Shown: in pieces, positions 13,329 through 27,168 of the stretch
Layout: each line of letters opens with the position of its first letter
Position numbering within the stretch: position 1 is the stretch's first letter
NCBI GenBank assembly: GCA_951406725.2
Contig: OX597814.1
Span: forward strand, 127,968,001 to 128,032,000
Direction: 5' to 3'
Source: Octopus vulgaris
Taxonomy: Eukaryota
Length of the DNA stretch: 64,000 bases
Program-made: the position numbers and the translations under genes
The notes under the pieces: generated by a model
What the model saw: the letters and a program-made list of their open reading frames with translations, nothing else
Told to the model about the DNA's origin: nothing
Databases searched by the model: none

Positions 13329-13967
13329 TATTGGGTTGTCAGAAACATTAGTTCATTTTTTTTCCCTGTTTGGCACTCCATTGTCATATGCCTGAAAAGA
13401 GGTAAAATTTATTTGAATTTCAAAAACGATAAAAAAAAGTTGTAAAGAAAGCATAGAGCTATAGAAGAAAAGTGAGATAAAAACCATAAAACACTACTCT
13501 TTTACTTGTTTCAGCCTTTTGATTGCAGCCATGCTGGAGCACCGCCTTTAGTCAAGCAAGTCAACCCAGGACTTATTCTTTAGAAGCCTAGTACTTATTT
13601 TATCGGTCTCTTTTGCTGAACTGCTAAGTTACGGTGACGTAAACACACCAGCATCAGTTGTCAAATGATGTTGGGGGACAAACACAGACACACAAACATA
13701 TACACACACACAAACATATACATACACACACACACACATATATATATATACATATATACAACGGGCTTCTTTCAGTTTCCATCTACCAAATCCACTCACA
13801 AGGCTTTGGTTGGCTCGAGGCTATAGTAGAAGACACTTGCCCAAGGTGCCACGCAGTGGGAATGAACCCAGAACCATGTGGTTTGTAAGCAAGCTACTTA
13901 CCACACGATAAAAAATAATTTGGCAAATATTAAAATGAATGGTAAAACTTTATTTGATAACCTAATA
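13329..13967. mobile_element. Probable mariner-type MITE carrying a nested SINE
   Basis: Ends tattgggttgtca / tgataacctaata. Confidence 0.5.
13494..13906 (-). mobile_element. SINE family A
   Basis: Reverse complement of family A. Confidence 0.85.
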
Positions 13968-14871
13968 CTATCCCACAAGCATAAATGATTTAGCTGTGGA
14001 GATGCAGAGATTAGAGCTCATCTTCCTACAAAGCTCAGACTTCTACAGTTTTCTCATGTTGCACAGTATTTTCTGGGTAATTGTTTTTCTGGTCTTGAGG
14101 TTCCTTAACAAGGATAAGATCCAGGCACCAAGTTAACACAAGTTCTCTCCAGCCTGAATGTCTTTCTGCTTCTGTTGCTCAAGACTGTTTTGAGGTTATT
14201 GGTGTTGAAGATCAGGACCTTAGTATTCTTGATTTACTTTGAGTTTGTATAGTGATAACAGAAAAATGTTATTGAGAAGAAAAAAGATAAATACAGTTTA
14301 TTCAATATGAAATGTAAACTTGAGATACATGTTCAGAAATGATGACAGTTATATAAACAACTCATGTAAATGGTTGTATAGTTTATGTGTGTAAGGAAAC
14401 TGATAGCAGTGTAAAATTTAGTGGTTAGAAATACAAAAATACACCACATTTAAGAGAAGTTTACATGAACTATTATTCAATTCTGCATTAACTTTGCCAG
14501 CTACCAAACATAAAAAAAGAAAAGAAGCAGACAGAAACTAAACACTACACTCTAAGCAAATGCTTTGATAATCATACAGTGAGCCAATTACAGGTCCATT
14601 GCAACAATGCTATATTTTTCCCAAATGCTTGACACAAATAAGAAAAATCTTAAAATGCATTCTTACTGTATAACATTTCCCCTCTCCCTTTTTCTTCCTT
14701 GTGTCATCTTCTTCTTCAGTCATTCAATTATCATGGCTCTGTATAACCACAGGCTTTAACCAGAGACAGAATATTGACAGAACTGAGAATTGTAGAGTCA
14801 GTTTTAGGGAAGGTAAACTTGTACAACTGATTGTTGCTACTATCACTATTATTGTTTAACCCTTATACATT

Positions 14872-15190
14872 AGATGCATGGTTCAGTGGTTACAGCATTG
14901 GGCTCACAATCATGAGGTAGTAAGTTTGATTCCCAGACTGGGCTGTGTGTTGTGTTCTTGAGCAAGAAACTTCATTTTACGTTGTTCCAGTTCACTCAGC
15001 TGTAGAAATGAGTTGGAATGTCACTAGTGCCAAGCTGTATTGGCATTTGCCTTCCCCTTGGATAACATTGGTGGCATGGAGAGGAGAGGCTGGTATGCAT
15101 GGGTGACTGCTGGTCTTTCATAAACAACCTTGTCCAGACTTGCACCTCAGAGGGTAATTTTCTAGGTGCAATCCCATGGTCATTCATGGC
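14872..15190 (+). mobile_element. SINE family C
   Basis: tggttcagtggtt...gtttgattccc...gtgttcttgagcaag. Confidence 0.78.
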
Positions 15191-15844
15191 TACATAATCT
15201 AAGTGTCCTCTTAATTTAGATAGGGTGGATTTGAAGGACATTTTGCTGCTATTTATAGCAGGTTCAGTGACTTTATAATGACTCCTTGTTGACTTTAGTC
15301 CTACCTGGTAAATCTTCTAACTGGTAGGTCTAAAACAGATGTTCTATGTCTGACATAAGTCTAACTTATTAGTCTAACTAGATAATCTAACTAGTGTCTC
15401 TGTAGGTTGTTGTTAATTAGTCATAGGTCAAGTCTAATTGAACAAACTTATAGATCAATTCCAGCCATGACCCTCCTATAGAAGCTACCCTGTTGGTTCA
15501 GTAGTGTTTAATTGGTAACTAGTGTCTTACTAGGATCATGAGATTGTGTCAACAGGAAATTATTTCTGTCATGTCATGGAATTTGAAATGAAAATTAGTT
15601 CCATTACGACATTCTGTCCATAATGGCTGCAGATTAACTGACATAACTATGCAATTTATAGCCCTGTGATATATCAGAATTATTGCAGGAAGAGGGAAGA
15701 GGGATGAGTTGAAAGAGGCATGGGATTAAAGAGGACAGAGAAGAGAGGAAAGATACAAGCTGGAGTGTTATTCTTTTTGTATATTTTCTTATGTATTTAG
15801 AAATACAATTTTTTCTAAATCTCTGATAGCGAGACATTCAGTAA

Positions 15845-16237
15845 TCTCTCTCTATATAAAGCTGAAGTTGTCTGTGTATGGCAGGTTTGGTAGCCTTCGA
15901 CTAACACTATCTCCTCCGAGACCCTGCGGCACAAGTTGACCAAAATTGAGAGTGTGATAGAAGAAGGCCTGCTCTTCCTTCCATAGAAGAAAAATTTCAA
16001 ATCGGACCATGTTAACACCAAAAATTATTTACATCAAAAAGCTGCTTTTTTTCTATGAAAATCCCTATTTTTTAACGATTTTTTTACTGCTGTGTCGCCA
16101 TTTTTTGGTGTATTTCAACCAGAAAAATGTTCACTTAAAGAGAATAACAAGCTACATAATGCAAAATTTTTACTTTTCAAAAATTCCAATTCTAAAGGGT
16201 TGAAACAAACCCGAGCAACGCCAGGCGATACTGCTAG
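15845..16237 (+). mobile_element. Non-autonomous Helitron (family 2)
   Basis: A/TC start; 3' GC-rich hairpin ccgagcaacgccagg then CTAG/T; three similar copies in the window. Confidence 0.82.
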
Positions 16238-16771
16238 TAATTCTTTAAAGGAAAAGCTAATTGCCAACATAACATAGCTACCCTAGAAGGGATGTTGTTA
16301 CTGTTCATTAGCCCCAAGAAACATCGTTTCTAGCTGGCTATACAACAAACAATCTGTGTCCTTATATTTTTGAACAGGGAATTCAGCATCCCCACCAAGC
16401 ATAAAACAACATCTGTAGACTAGTTTCAGGGTAACAATGTCCCTTCCAGGACAGCCATTTTATGTTGGCAATTAGCTCTTATATATTTGTTTACATTAAA
16501 AATCATTTCAGCATTCATTTAGTCTCCCCTCTTTCACTGACAGCTCCTCCATTCTGCTGAATGGATAGTAAATAGCTTTAGAGTTTTTGAAAGTTTGAAT
16601 AGTAATTACAAACTGAGAGATAGAAGAAATGGAGGGAGTAACAACACATGCACAACTTTTATAAAATGTGTGCATACATGTGTGTGTGCACATGTACACA
16701 TGCATGCACACTCACACACACATACACTCACACACACAAATGTATGCACATATATGCAAATATACATACAT

Positions 16772-17366
16772 GTTGTTCTTGTTGGCATCCTTTTTGTATC
16801 GAGAGACAATGGAGTTGAGCATAAAATAGTCTAGTCCGGCTTTTACATTTCATGTCCTTATACATTTCCTGCTGTGGCTGTGTAGTCCTATCCTGGACAA
16901 ACACTCCCTCTGGCAGGTGCCGCAAATGTAGCGAAGACTGTTCCTGGCTGGTTGTAATGTCATAGTTTCTTGTTGACGTCTTTTCTTGTCTTTCCATTTC
17001 TCCTCTCTCTCTCTGTCACTCCTTTGTATTCCCTCTTTTACGGTACGTCGCCAATCTCCACGGTTGCTGGCAATTGCTTCCCAATTGCTAATATTGATGT
17101 TGCAGGCCTTCATGTCCCTTTTGCAAACATCCTTGTAACGTAAGAACGGTCTTCCCACAGACCTAGTACCCCTAGCAAGCTCTCCGTAGAGTATGTCCTT
17201 GGGGATTCGGCCATCTTCCATACGGCTAACATATCCAAGCCATCTCATACGTCTTTGTGTGAGGAGTGCAAACATGCTTGGTATTCCTGCTTGCTTGAGG
17301 ACATCTTTGCTGGGGGTATGATTCTGCCATTTGATGTGAAGGATTTTCCGGAGGCAGCGCAGATGT
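16772..17366 (-). mobile_element. RTE/BovB-like LINE 3' end (different family) with C-terminal C2H2 finger
   Basis: HLRCLRKILHIKWQ...RRMRWLGYVSRMEDGRIPKDILYGEL...GRPFLRYKD...CGTCQRECLSRIGLHSHSRKC; short UTR and CAA-rich tail. Confidence 0.92.
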
Positions 17367-17649
17367 GTGCATATATGCATAAACATAAATATTTACACAC
17401 TGACATGGGTGTGTGGTAAGGAGCTTGCTTTCCAACCACATGGTTCCAGGTTTAGTCCCACTGCATGGCACCTTTGGTAAGTGTCTTCTACTATAGCCTA
17501 GGACCGATCAAAGCCTTGAGAGTGGATTTGGTGGATAGAAACAGAAAAAAACCCATAGCCCATCGTATGTGTGTATGTATGTATATGTATATATATTTTA
17601 TATATATATATAAAGAAATCCAGAGCGGAGCCCTGTAGGTGATTTAGGT

Positions 17650-18020
17650 AGACTGTATGACACATATGTGCGAACAGCCATGCTACATGGCAGTGAAACA
17701 TGGGTCATGTCTGCTGAGGACATGCATAAGCTTGCAAGGAATGAAGCCAGTATGCTCCGCTGGATGTGTAATGTCAGTGTGCATACACAACAGTGTAAGC
17801 ATCCTGAGAGAGAAGTCAGGCATAAGAAACATCAGATGTGGTGTGCAAGTGACACGACTGCACAGGTATGGTCATGTATTGTGAATGAATGAGGACAGCT
17901 GTGTGAAAAAGTGTCCCACCCTAGCAGTTGAGGAAACCTGTGCAAGAGGTGGATCCAGGAAGACCTGGGATGAGGAGGTGAAGCATGACCTTCGAATATT
18001 GGGCCTCACCAAGGCAATGA
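17650..18020 (+). mobile_element. RTE LINE ORF C-terminal fragment
   Basis: RTAMLHGSETW...RNEASMLRWMC. Confidence 0.85.
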
Positions 18021-18430
18021 GACCATAACTAGCATGGCTGTTCGCACATATGTGTCATACAGTCTACATAAATCACCTACAGGGCTCCACTCTGGATTTC
18101 TTTGAAGGTTGTCTCCTTTTGGTAACCCTAGATAGGGGCTCATACTGGGCACTGTCAGCCAGAGCCAGCTGAGCCCAGGACTTGTGTCAGGTAAGGTTGT
18201 CACTCCCTGAAGTAGTGAAGAAAATCGCTACCCACTACCTATATATATATATATATTATTCAAAATAAGAGCAGGTATGTTTAATAGGCATAGGCGTGGC
18301 TTATGGGCAAAGGCATGGCTGTGTGGTAAGAAGTTTCCATCCAAAATAAATGGTTTTAAGTTCAGTTCCCTCCATGGCACCTTGGGAAAATGTCTACTAC
18401 AATAACCCTGTGACAACTAAAGCCTTAATC

Positions 18431-18658
18431 TTTTACTCTTGTACTTGTTTCAGTCATTTGACTGCGGCCATGCTGGAGTACCGCCTTTAGTCGAGCAAAT
18501 CGCCCCCAAAACTTATTCTTTGGAAGCCTAGTATGTATTCTATTGGTCTCTTTTGCTGATCCGCTAACTTACGGGAATGTAAGCACACCACCATCAGTTG
18601 TCAGGCGATGTGACAAAGACAGACAAACATATACACACATATACATATACATATATAT

Positions 18659-18726
<68 letters not shown>

Positions 18727-18979
18727 GACGGTCTTCTTTCAGTTTCCGTCTGCCAAATCCACTCACAAGGCTTTAGTCAGTCTGAGGCTATAGTAGAAGA
18801 CACTTGCCCAAGGTGCCTTGTAGTGGGACTGAACCAGGAAGCATGTGGTTGGTAAGCAAGCTACTTACCACACAGCCACTCCTGCATCTAGCTACTTAAT
18901 ACACAGCCACTCCTGTGCCTAATTACTTACCACACAGCCACTCCTGCACCTAGATACTTACCATACAGCCACTCCTGTG
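18431..18979 (-). mobile_element. SINE family A with tandemly repeated head
   Basis: Family A match plus 4 copies of a ~31-bp head unit. Confidence 0.85.
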
Positions 18980-20412
18980 ACTTGTGAGTGAATTTGTCGA
19001 TAGAGACTGAAAGAAGCCAGTATATATATATATATATATATTTATAAGGTTATGTTTTGCTGATGAAGTCATAATATAGCCAAAGTATATCTACAATTCA
19101 GGCACGTGGAATCAATAATTACTCAGGGTAGGCAGTTGGTGGCATTTACGTAGTAAAACACACAAAAAAACAATCGAAACACAGACGTGCAACTGAGTTG
19201 GAGGCAGATTTACTTCTGCTTTTATATCACATAAAGAAAACGTTGTTGTAGGAATGTATGCAGCATGTGTACTACAGCAGTACTCTGCATAGCTTTAATA
19301 CTGTGATTAAAAGGCAGCAGTGAATTATGCCTACGTAATCTACACAAAAAATAAAATATTTTGCATTTTATGCTTAGTAATCAGAGCAACCTTCATAATT
19401 TTATTGAATTAGGTGCTTATTTTGCCATAAAAGGAAAATGTTACTATCGATCTATTTTATTGAGAGTAGGTACTGCCTACCTTGCCTATCTAGGTAGCAC
19501 CTCCCTGTTAGAATTGTCTCCCATACTTGCTGAAATAATTTAGTAATATCGATTATAATTTTAGCATAAAGGCATTTGTTTTGAGAGGTAAATGTCTGAT
19601 GGGGGATTTTTCTTTCCTCCTTTTCATAAATATTTTTCATCAGATATTTCCCCATTTATGACAACATATAATATGTTAACAATAACTTAACTATTGTTTG
19701 TATATTCATGCAGATGGTGTTTATGCATAATTTTTTCTCTCAAACAACTCTAAATTATTGGTTTAATTAGAGATTATGCAGACAATAGGCCATTCTGATG
19801 GTCTGGAGTAACAGGTCATTTAGCATCCTCCCCACTCCCTTTCTCTCTCTCTCTCTTTCTCACACACACACTCTCTCTCTGTAATGCCTTTCCTCTTTCC
19901 TTCTTCCCCTATTACTTTTTCTTTTTCAAAAGCTTTCACTCACTTTCTCTTGCCATACTGCTATCTTCCTTAACTCTTTCTCCAACCCCCACCACCCTTC
20001 GTACTGTCACAGTTCTCTCCTCTTTTTCACACATCACTCTATGCCTGATAATGGCCACCAGCACTCGCAGAGCACCATACCACCACCATCACCACAACTA
20101 GCATCACTTCTACCACCACAACTAGCGTCACTACCACCATCACCACCATCACCGCTACCACATCTGACACCATCATTGCAACCATCACCATCACCACTAT
20201 GGCTCACTGCCTATCACACCACCATTCCACTACCACCGCAACCACCCAATGACTAATTCCATTATCACAATTGCCACCATAAATGACTCCATCACTACCA
20301 CCACCACCACCACCATCCTTCAAATACCATGTTAAGCTGCACTGTAATGTCAGTCATTTATTGACTCTAAAAAAATTTAATTTTCATTGCAAAACATCTC
20401 TCTCTCTCTCTG

Positions 20413-20452
<40 letters not shown>

Positions 20453-21018
20453 GTCCTTACTGTCTGTTTATCTGTCTGTCTGTCTCTGCCTCTCTTTCTC
20501 TCTCTCTCACTCTCTCTCACTCACTCTCTCTCTTTCCTACTCCTGTTTTTATCAGTGACCCATACCTGCTTTATCGTAATGACAAGAGAAGGTCATCTGC
20601 TATGACTGACCCTTGTCTTTACAAGTTGATCCCCTCTTATTTTGACTGCTGAGCTACTCTTCTCCTTTACTGCTGAGTCACGCCAAGTTTTACTGGTGAT
20701 CCAGTCTTACTTTTAATGTTGAGCCACTTGTCTTTTTACAGATGAACTACTCCTCCTTTTACTAATATGTCAGTCCTGATTTTACTAGAAACCCACTCGT
20801 CCCCTGTATCCCTCTTCAGCTGAGTGATCCTAATCTTGTAGGCTTGCAGGTGCTGGTGCCATGTAAAAAATATCCATGCTGGTGTCACATAAAAGCCCCT
20901 GTGTAGGTGCCTCATAAAAGCACCCATGCCAGAGCTGTGTAATAGCACCCAGTACACTCTGTAAAATAGTTGTTGTTAGGAAGGGCATCTAGTCATAGAA
21001 ATCATGCAAATATAGATA

Positions 21019-21418
21019 TAGGCGTAGGAGTGGCTGTGTGGTAAGCAGTTTGCTTACGAACCACATGGTTCTAGGTTCAGTGGGCGAGTGTCTTCTACTA
21101 TAGCCTCGGGCCGACCAAAGCTTTGTGAGTGGATTTGGTAGATGGAAACTGAAAGAAGCCTGTCGTATATATGAATATACGACGGGCTTCTATGTGTGTG
21201 TATATGTTTGTGTGTCTGTGTTTGTCCCCCCAACATTGCTCGACAACCGATGCTGGTGTGTTTACGCCCCTGTAACTTAGCGGTTCAGCAAAAGGAGATC
21301 GATAGAATAAGTACTAGGCTTACAGAGAATAAGTCCTGGGGTCGATTTGTTCGACTAAAGGTGGTGCTCCAGCATGGCCACAGTCACATGACTGAAACAA
21401 GTAAAAGAGTAAAGAATA
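21019..21418 (+). mobile_element. SINE family A inserted into an RTE 3' tail
   Basis: RTE UTR sequence lies on both sides (about 20840-21010 and 21420-21515). Confidence 0.82.
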
Positions 21419-21529
21419 TAGAACCTGGGCAGTTCTCCCATTGGCCAGCACCTGTCAAACAGTTCAACCCATGCCAGCATGCGAAACAGATTTTAAATGA
21501 TGATGATGAGGATGATATATATGCATATA

Positions 21530-23003
21530 TATTGGGTCATCCCATAAATAATGCAGTTTTTTATACGTCTTTTATTTTTCAAAATTACTCTTCTTCATTT
21601 TCTACAATGCTCTTCCATCTATTTGGTAGACTTGCAAGGCCCCTCTTCCAAAATTCTCTTGTCCATGATGAAAAATACTCCCCCAGCACTGTTCTAACTT
21701 TGTCTACAGAAGTCATATTTTTTCCATCCAAATGATTTTGAAGACTGCAGAATAAATGAAACTCAGATGGGGCAATGTCCAGATAATATGGTGGGTGGGG
21801 AATCATTTCCTATTGAAACTACTCCAGCATTTGGAATGTCATCCTCACTGCATGTGATTAAACATTATCCGGATGGAAGAACATCATTTGTCTTGAAACC
21901 AAAGACAGTCATTTTTCTTCTAGCACTACTTAAGCCACTCAGGCTGCTCAAAGTAGATCTCCTTTGTTATTGTTTGGTTTGTGTTTAAAAGTTCAAAGTG
22001 GACTAAACCTTTCATATCCCACCAAACAGATAACAACATATTACGTGGGTGAAGACCTTCTTTAACCCTTTAGCATTTAGACCGGCCATATCTGGCCAAA
22101 AGTATTCTGCCTGTTTTATGTTCAAAATGGCCAGATCTGGTCTCTCGCACCAACCCTACAATATCGTTTTAAAAATTAACAGCTACCTCATCAAAATCTC
22201 AAAGCTACAAGATAACACCCGAGTAGTTCAAGGCAATGTGGATGAAAAAGCATTAATTTTGGTAGAATAATGTGAACACTAAGGGGTTAACCTGGGGTAC
22301 CAATGTTTCTCCTTTCCCTACCCACTGTCTTCAGCACTTGACATTTTTAAAGAGAATCCATTTCTCATCATCAGTCACTATTTGGTCCAAAAAGGGTTTA
22401 TTTGTGAGACGTGGCAGCAAAGAAGAGCAAGCATTCACTCTCTGCATGTGATTAGACTCAGAAAGTTTGTGAGGAACCCATTGACCTAATTTACTGACTT
22501 TTCTGATAGCACACAGGTGTTGATGACTAGTTGAATGACCAAATTCAAGCTTCTCTGCTAGTTCCTTAACAGTTACAATGAGATTTTGTTCCACCAGCAT
22601 TTACAGGATGTCCTTGTCAAGCGCTACAGATCTTCCAGGATGAGGCTTGTCTTCAAGGCTGTTATTTCTGGCTCAGAATTTCTGGAACAACTGTTGACAC
22701 TGGTTTACATTTATTGTCCGATCCCCCTATACTGCATTAACATTTCTTGCACTTTCTTTTGTTGTCTCTACTGAACTCATAAAACAAAATAGGCTAAATA
22801 TGCTCGTTTGTCACTTCCGTTATAGCTTTGAAAAACTATCACAATCAAACTGCACTCTTCAAAACTTGCACTAAGAATAAGTACAAGGTAAAAATACTAC
22901 CTGCTTTTATAGCAACTTGAAGTAGGTAGTTCATCCAATTCCGCTTCAACTTTTAGTTCATGCAGTTGAAAAAACTGCATTTATTTATGGGGACGGCCTA
23001 CTG
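21530..23003 (-). mobile_element. Mariner DNA transposon relic with transposase pseudogene
   Basis: Imperfect TIRs (ccataaataatgcagtttttt); WVPHKL, IVTDDEKW and HPPYYLDIAPSEFHLF (YSPDLAPSDYHLF-like) motifs on the minus strand. Confidence 0.92.
22066..22286. mobile_element. TTAA-specific (piggyBac-type) MITE nested in the mariner
   Basis: TTAA-CCCTTTAG...CTAAGGGG-TTAA; interrupts the transposase sequence. Confidence 0.82.
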
Positions 23004-23004
23004 T

Positions 23005-23445
23005 GCTTACTTTGGATCGTAGGGCAACCTGCTGTGCTTGAGGAGACCTATTGAGTCAAGTACATCAACATCAAAATAAAAATCAAATGGAAATTGTAAT
23101 TGTGATACCTGATCTGGTGACATGGAAAAAGCACCGTCTGAGTGTGGCAGATGCCAGCGCCGCCTTGACTTGCATCTGTGCTGGTGGCACGTAAAATGCA
23201 TCAACTGATCGTGGTCATTTCCAGTCTCCTCTGGCCTCTGTGCTGGTGGCACGTAAAAAGTACCTACTACACTCACGGAGTGGTTGGCATTAGGATGGGC
23301 ATCCAGCTGCCAGATCAGACTGGAGCCTGGTGCAGCCTCCTGGCTTCTCAGACCCCGGTTGAACTGCCCAATCTATGCTAGCATGGAAAACGGATGTTAA
23401 ACAATGGTGATGATTATGATGATGATGACGATGATGATGATGATG
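23005..23445 (+). mobile_element. RTE LINE 3' UTR fragment
   Basis: Family tail ...gcatggaaaacggatgttaaa followed by (GAT)n. Confidence 0.75.
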
Positions 23446-25224
23446 TATATGTATGAATGTATGTGTGTGGGGGTGTAGGGGGTGTATACATTTAATAAAT
23501 ACTATAAACATATGATTCCTAGCTTAACATTTTTTTATCTATTAAATATGTATATTATTTCTCTAATCTTTTTCCCACACACCAGAACAGCCTAATTCCA
23601 TTGCAACAAGTATTCTTTTATCTGTGTTCTGTATTCCCCACCTCCTTATATTTTAGGGTAATTATCAGTTATCTTTTATAACAACAACCAAACTTTGAAC
23701 CTTCCCATAACTGGAAAAAATGATAAACTACTTTTTTCAACTGAAGAATTTTCTGCATTTCCTTAAAGTTAATTTTACCCCAATGCTGCCTTCATAGAAT
23801 CTGGTCTTGCTAATAAATGTTACTGCTAATCAAGTTACTTCATTGAAGCTTCAGAGAGTTGCAAATTTTTTTTTTTAATTAACTTGTGGAATTATAGCAA
23901 ATATATAGATTTACAGAGGCCTTCCTGTATCAAGAATGAGCAGACATAATAATGATTTATAACTGGCTGTCAGGTTGGATGGAGTTAATTGTTGGGGGAA
24001 GAGTGAGCTGGGAAGAAAGGAAGGGATGTAGAGGAATGTGACCAGGGTAGAAAAGGAAATTATTATAATGGGGAAGGTGGTGGGGGTGAAGGAGTCGCTA
24101 TGTGGTAAGCAGTGTACATAGGTTTTGATGGAGGTTAACAACATCAGTGGCTGACGAAGGAAGGGACATAGCTCCTGTGACTGGAGTCAGGACTTACAGA
24201 ATTGCTACATCAGTTGGAAGATCCGTTGGTTGTGAGGAGGGGAGGGTAATTAGTGCATGTCAATGTGTGAATGTTAGCGTGTATGTATGTATGTGTCTGT
24301 GTGTGTGTATGTGTGTGTGTGTGTATACACACATCTACTACATATGGGGAAAATCGGTGTGTGTTTGTTTGTGGCATTGTTAGCTAACTCCTCCTACATA
24401 TTTTTATTGATTTTGATGAAACTTGACACGTGAGTAGAACTCATGTCTGGAACCCTCGTGACATACTTAGATTGTTGAAAAATTCTATAATATGGCCCCT
24501 GGAAGGGACCTTTATATCTACCTCATATAACTAATTTCTCTTTTTTAAACACCTAAGGGAAATAATCCATAGCACCTGTACAATATGTCTATCCTTCTGG
24601 CTGCTTTTCAATAGTTATAAAAAGTTACTGAGAGCAACCATCAGGGAGTAGGAACATTACTATTGCACTTTCTTCAAACACTTCTTTCATATATTTATAT
24701 AGCCTCTCTCATCAACCTCCGACAATCTTTCTCGCCAACCTCCAAAAACCTCACTTGCCAACCTCCAACAATCTCTCCCTCCTCCAGCTGATAGTTTGTT
24801 GTACTTTTCCATGATGGAAAATGCACATTTTGTGGCAGTTATAATGAAATTGCTTTCTTATATCAGAGTAATAAGGCATTTCAATAGAACATCTCTCCCC
24901 CCAGGAATTACCGGGTACATCAGCTATTAGACACATATACACACATGGCACATTAAGTAAGTGTCTTCTACTTTAACCCCCAGTGGATTTGATGGATAGA
25001 ATCTGAAAGAAGTGCATCATATGTACATATGTATTTATGTGTGTGTCTGTGTTTGACCCCCATCACTGCTTGACAACTGGTATTGATGTGTTTACATTCT
25101 TGTTGGTGTGTTTTGTGGTTTGGCAAAAGATACCAATAGAATAAGGATCCAATATTAAAAAAAACGTACTATGGTTGATTCATACAACTAAAGTTCCCTG
25201 AGGCAGAGCCCCAGCATGACCGCA

Positions 25225-25497
25225 GGGCCTCATGGAGGCAATGACCAAGACCTTTGGTATTATGTTGTACTTGAGAAGAAGACCCATCAAGTCGAGCAAA
25301 ATCACAGTTATGGCTGTGAAAGCACCCATTACACTCTTGGAGTGGTTGGCATTAGGAAGGGCATCCAGCTGTAGTAAACAATGCCAAATCAAACTGGAGT
25401 CTGGTGCAACCTTCCAGTGTGTCAGCCCAGTCAAACCTTCCAACCCATGCCAACATGGACAACGGACATTAAATGAGGATGATTATGATGATGATGA
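25225..25497 (+). mobile_element. RTE LINE 3' UTR fragment
   Basis: Same family tail and (GAT)n. Confidence 0.75.
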
Positions 25498-26200
25498 TGG
25501 TGTGGTGAATAAACTGTTGGCTAAATTATGCAAAAATAAAAAATAACATTGACATCTCATTTCAACAGATATATTTACCAAAATTACATAAAAATATCTT
25601 GAAATACTAAAGAGAAAATTTATTCAATGAAATCACTATTCACTTCAACCATGGCCTTCAGACAACTTCAGAATTTCCTGCAACTCTTCTGGACGGTCTC
25701 CTTTTTTTAAGTTGGTGAATGTTGCCATAATCCTTGCCTTCAGTTCATCTTTGGTGTTACAAGGAGTTTTGTTGGTCTCTTGCTCAACTGCATCTTACAC
25801 ATGATAATCAAGAGAGTTGCAGTCTGGGGAGTTAGGTGACCAGATGTTAGGGCTGATGTGGTTGCATCCAAACACTAGTGATCAATCCAAACACTGTGAT
25901 GTTGATTGGATGTTTGATCTTTATCACTCTTGGTACATGTCCTCGGAACACATTGTCCTCAGATTGACACCCAAACACTCTAAAATGTTTGTAATGGAGC
26001 TTCCAGTGTGAATACTAAGCAGCAGAGCATGTCGTTTCCAAATTTCTGGCAGAGTGAATTGCATCATGGTGCTGTTTTTCTCACAGACAGAGCCCGACTG
26101 ACCCTACTATACTGTGTAGTCAACAAAATCAAAAACAAACAATGCACATGAGTGAAATTAAAAATATAAAATGGTGACAATTTATCCATCGCACCATGTA
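25498..26200 (-). mobile_element. Internally deleted Tc1/mariner-superfamily (maT-like) transposon
   Basis: Minus strand IWSPNSPDCNSLDYHV*DAVEQETNKTPCNTKDELKARI (WPPNSPDxNPLD motif); N-terminus MMQFTLPEIWKRHA; imperfect TIRs. Confidence 0.78.
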
Positions 26201-26237
26201 CATATGTGTGTATACACACACACACACACACACAAAT

Positions 26238-27168
26238 ATCATCATCATCGTTTAACGTTCATTTTCCATGCTGGCGTAGGTTGGATGGTTTGACTTGGGG
26301 ATCTGGGAGGCCAGGAGGCTGCACCAGGCTCCAATCTGATCTGGCAGTGTTTTCTACAGCTGGATGCCCTTCCTAACACCAACCACTCTGAGAGTGTAGT
26401 GAGTGCTTTTTACGTGCCCCTGGCACAGGGGCCAGAGGGGGATGGCATCAACTATGTTTGGATGGTGCTTTTACATGCCACTGGCACGGGAGACAGACAA
26501 GGTGGCACTGGCATCAGCCATGTTCAGATGGTGCTTTTCATGTGCCACCGGCGCAGGAGCCAGTCAGGGCGAGAGGCTGGCATCAACCACGATTGGATGG
26601 TGCTTTTTACATGTCACTGGAAAGGGTAGCCAGACAGGTGGCGCTGGTATCGGCCACAACTACAATTTCCATTTGATTATGGTTTGATTTGATTTTGATG
26701 TTGATGTTGATGGTAATTTACTTGACTCAATAGGTCTCCTTAAGCACGGAACTTTTGAGCGGGCTGGTTATGTGACACTGGCGTAGGCTACAGCTGTGAT
26801 CTCACTTTATTTGTCAGGTCTTCTCGGTCACAGCATATCTCTAGAGTTCTTGGTCTTTTGTCATTGTCTCTGTGAGGCCCAATGTTCGAAGGTCATGCTT
26901 CACCACCTCATCCCATGTCTTCCTGGGTCTTCCTCTACTACGGGTTCCTTCCACTGCTTGGGAGTGGCACTTCTTCACACAGCTCTTCTCATCCATCCAT
27001 AGTACATGACCATACCAGCGCAGACGTCTCTCTTGCACGCCACATCCAATGCTTCCTATATTCAACATGTCTCTCAGGGTGCATACACTCTGTCGTGTGT
27101 GCACACTGACATTACACATCCAGTGGATCATGCTAACTTCGTTTCTTTCAAGCCTATGCATGTTGTCA
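26238..27168 (-). mobile_element. RTE LINE 3' fragment
   Basis: RLERNEVSMIHWMC...RRLRWYGHV...RGRPRKTWDEVVKHDL, then UTR and (CAT)n tail. Confidence 0.9.

Noticed and set aside
13658-13888. Recurrent ORF ...[19 protein letters not shown]... seen many times
   Set aside because: Antisense translation of SINE family A, not a gene family.
19060-19090. CTGATGAAG next to (TA)n as another hammerhead
   Set aside because: No GAAA core or convincing stems follow.
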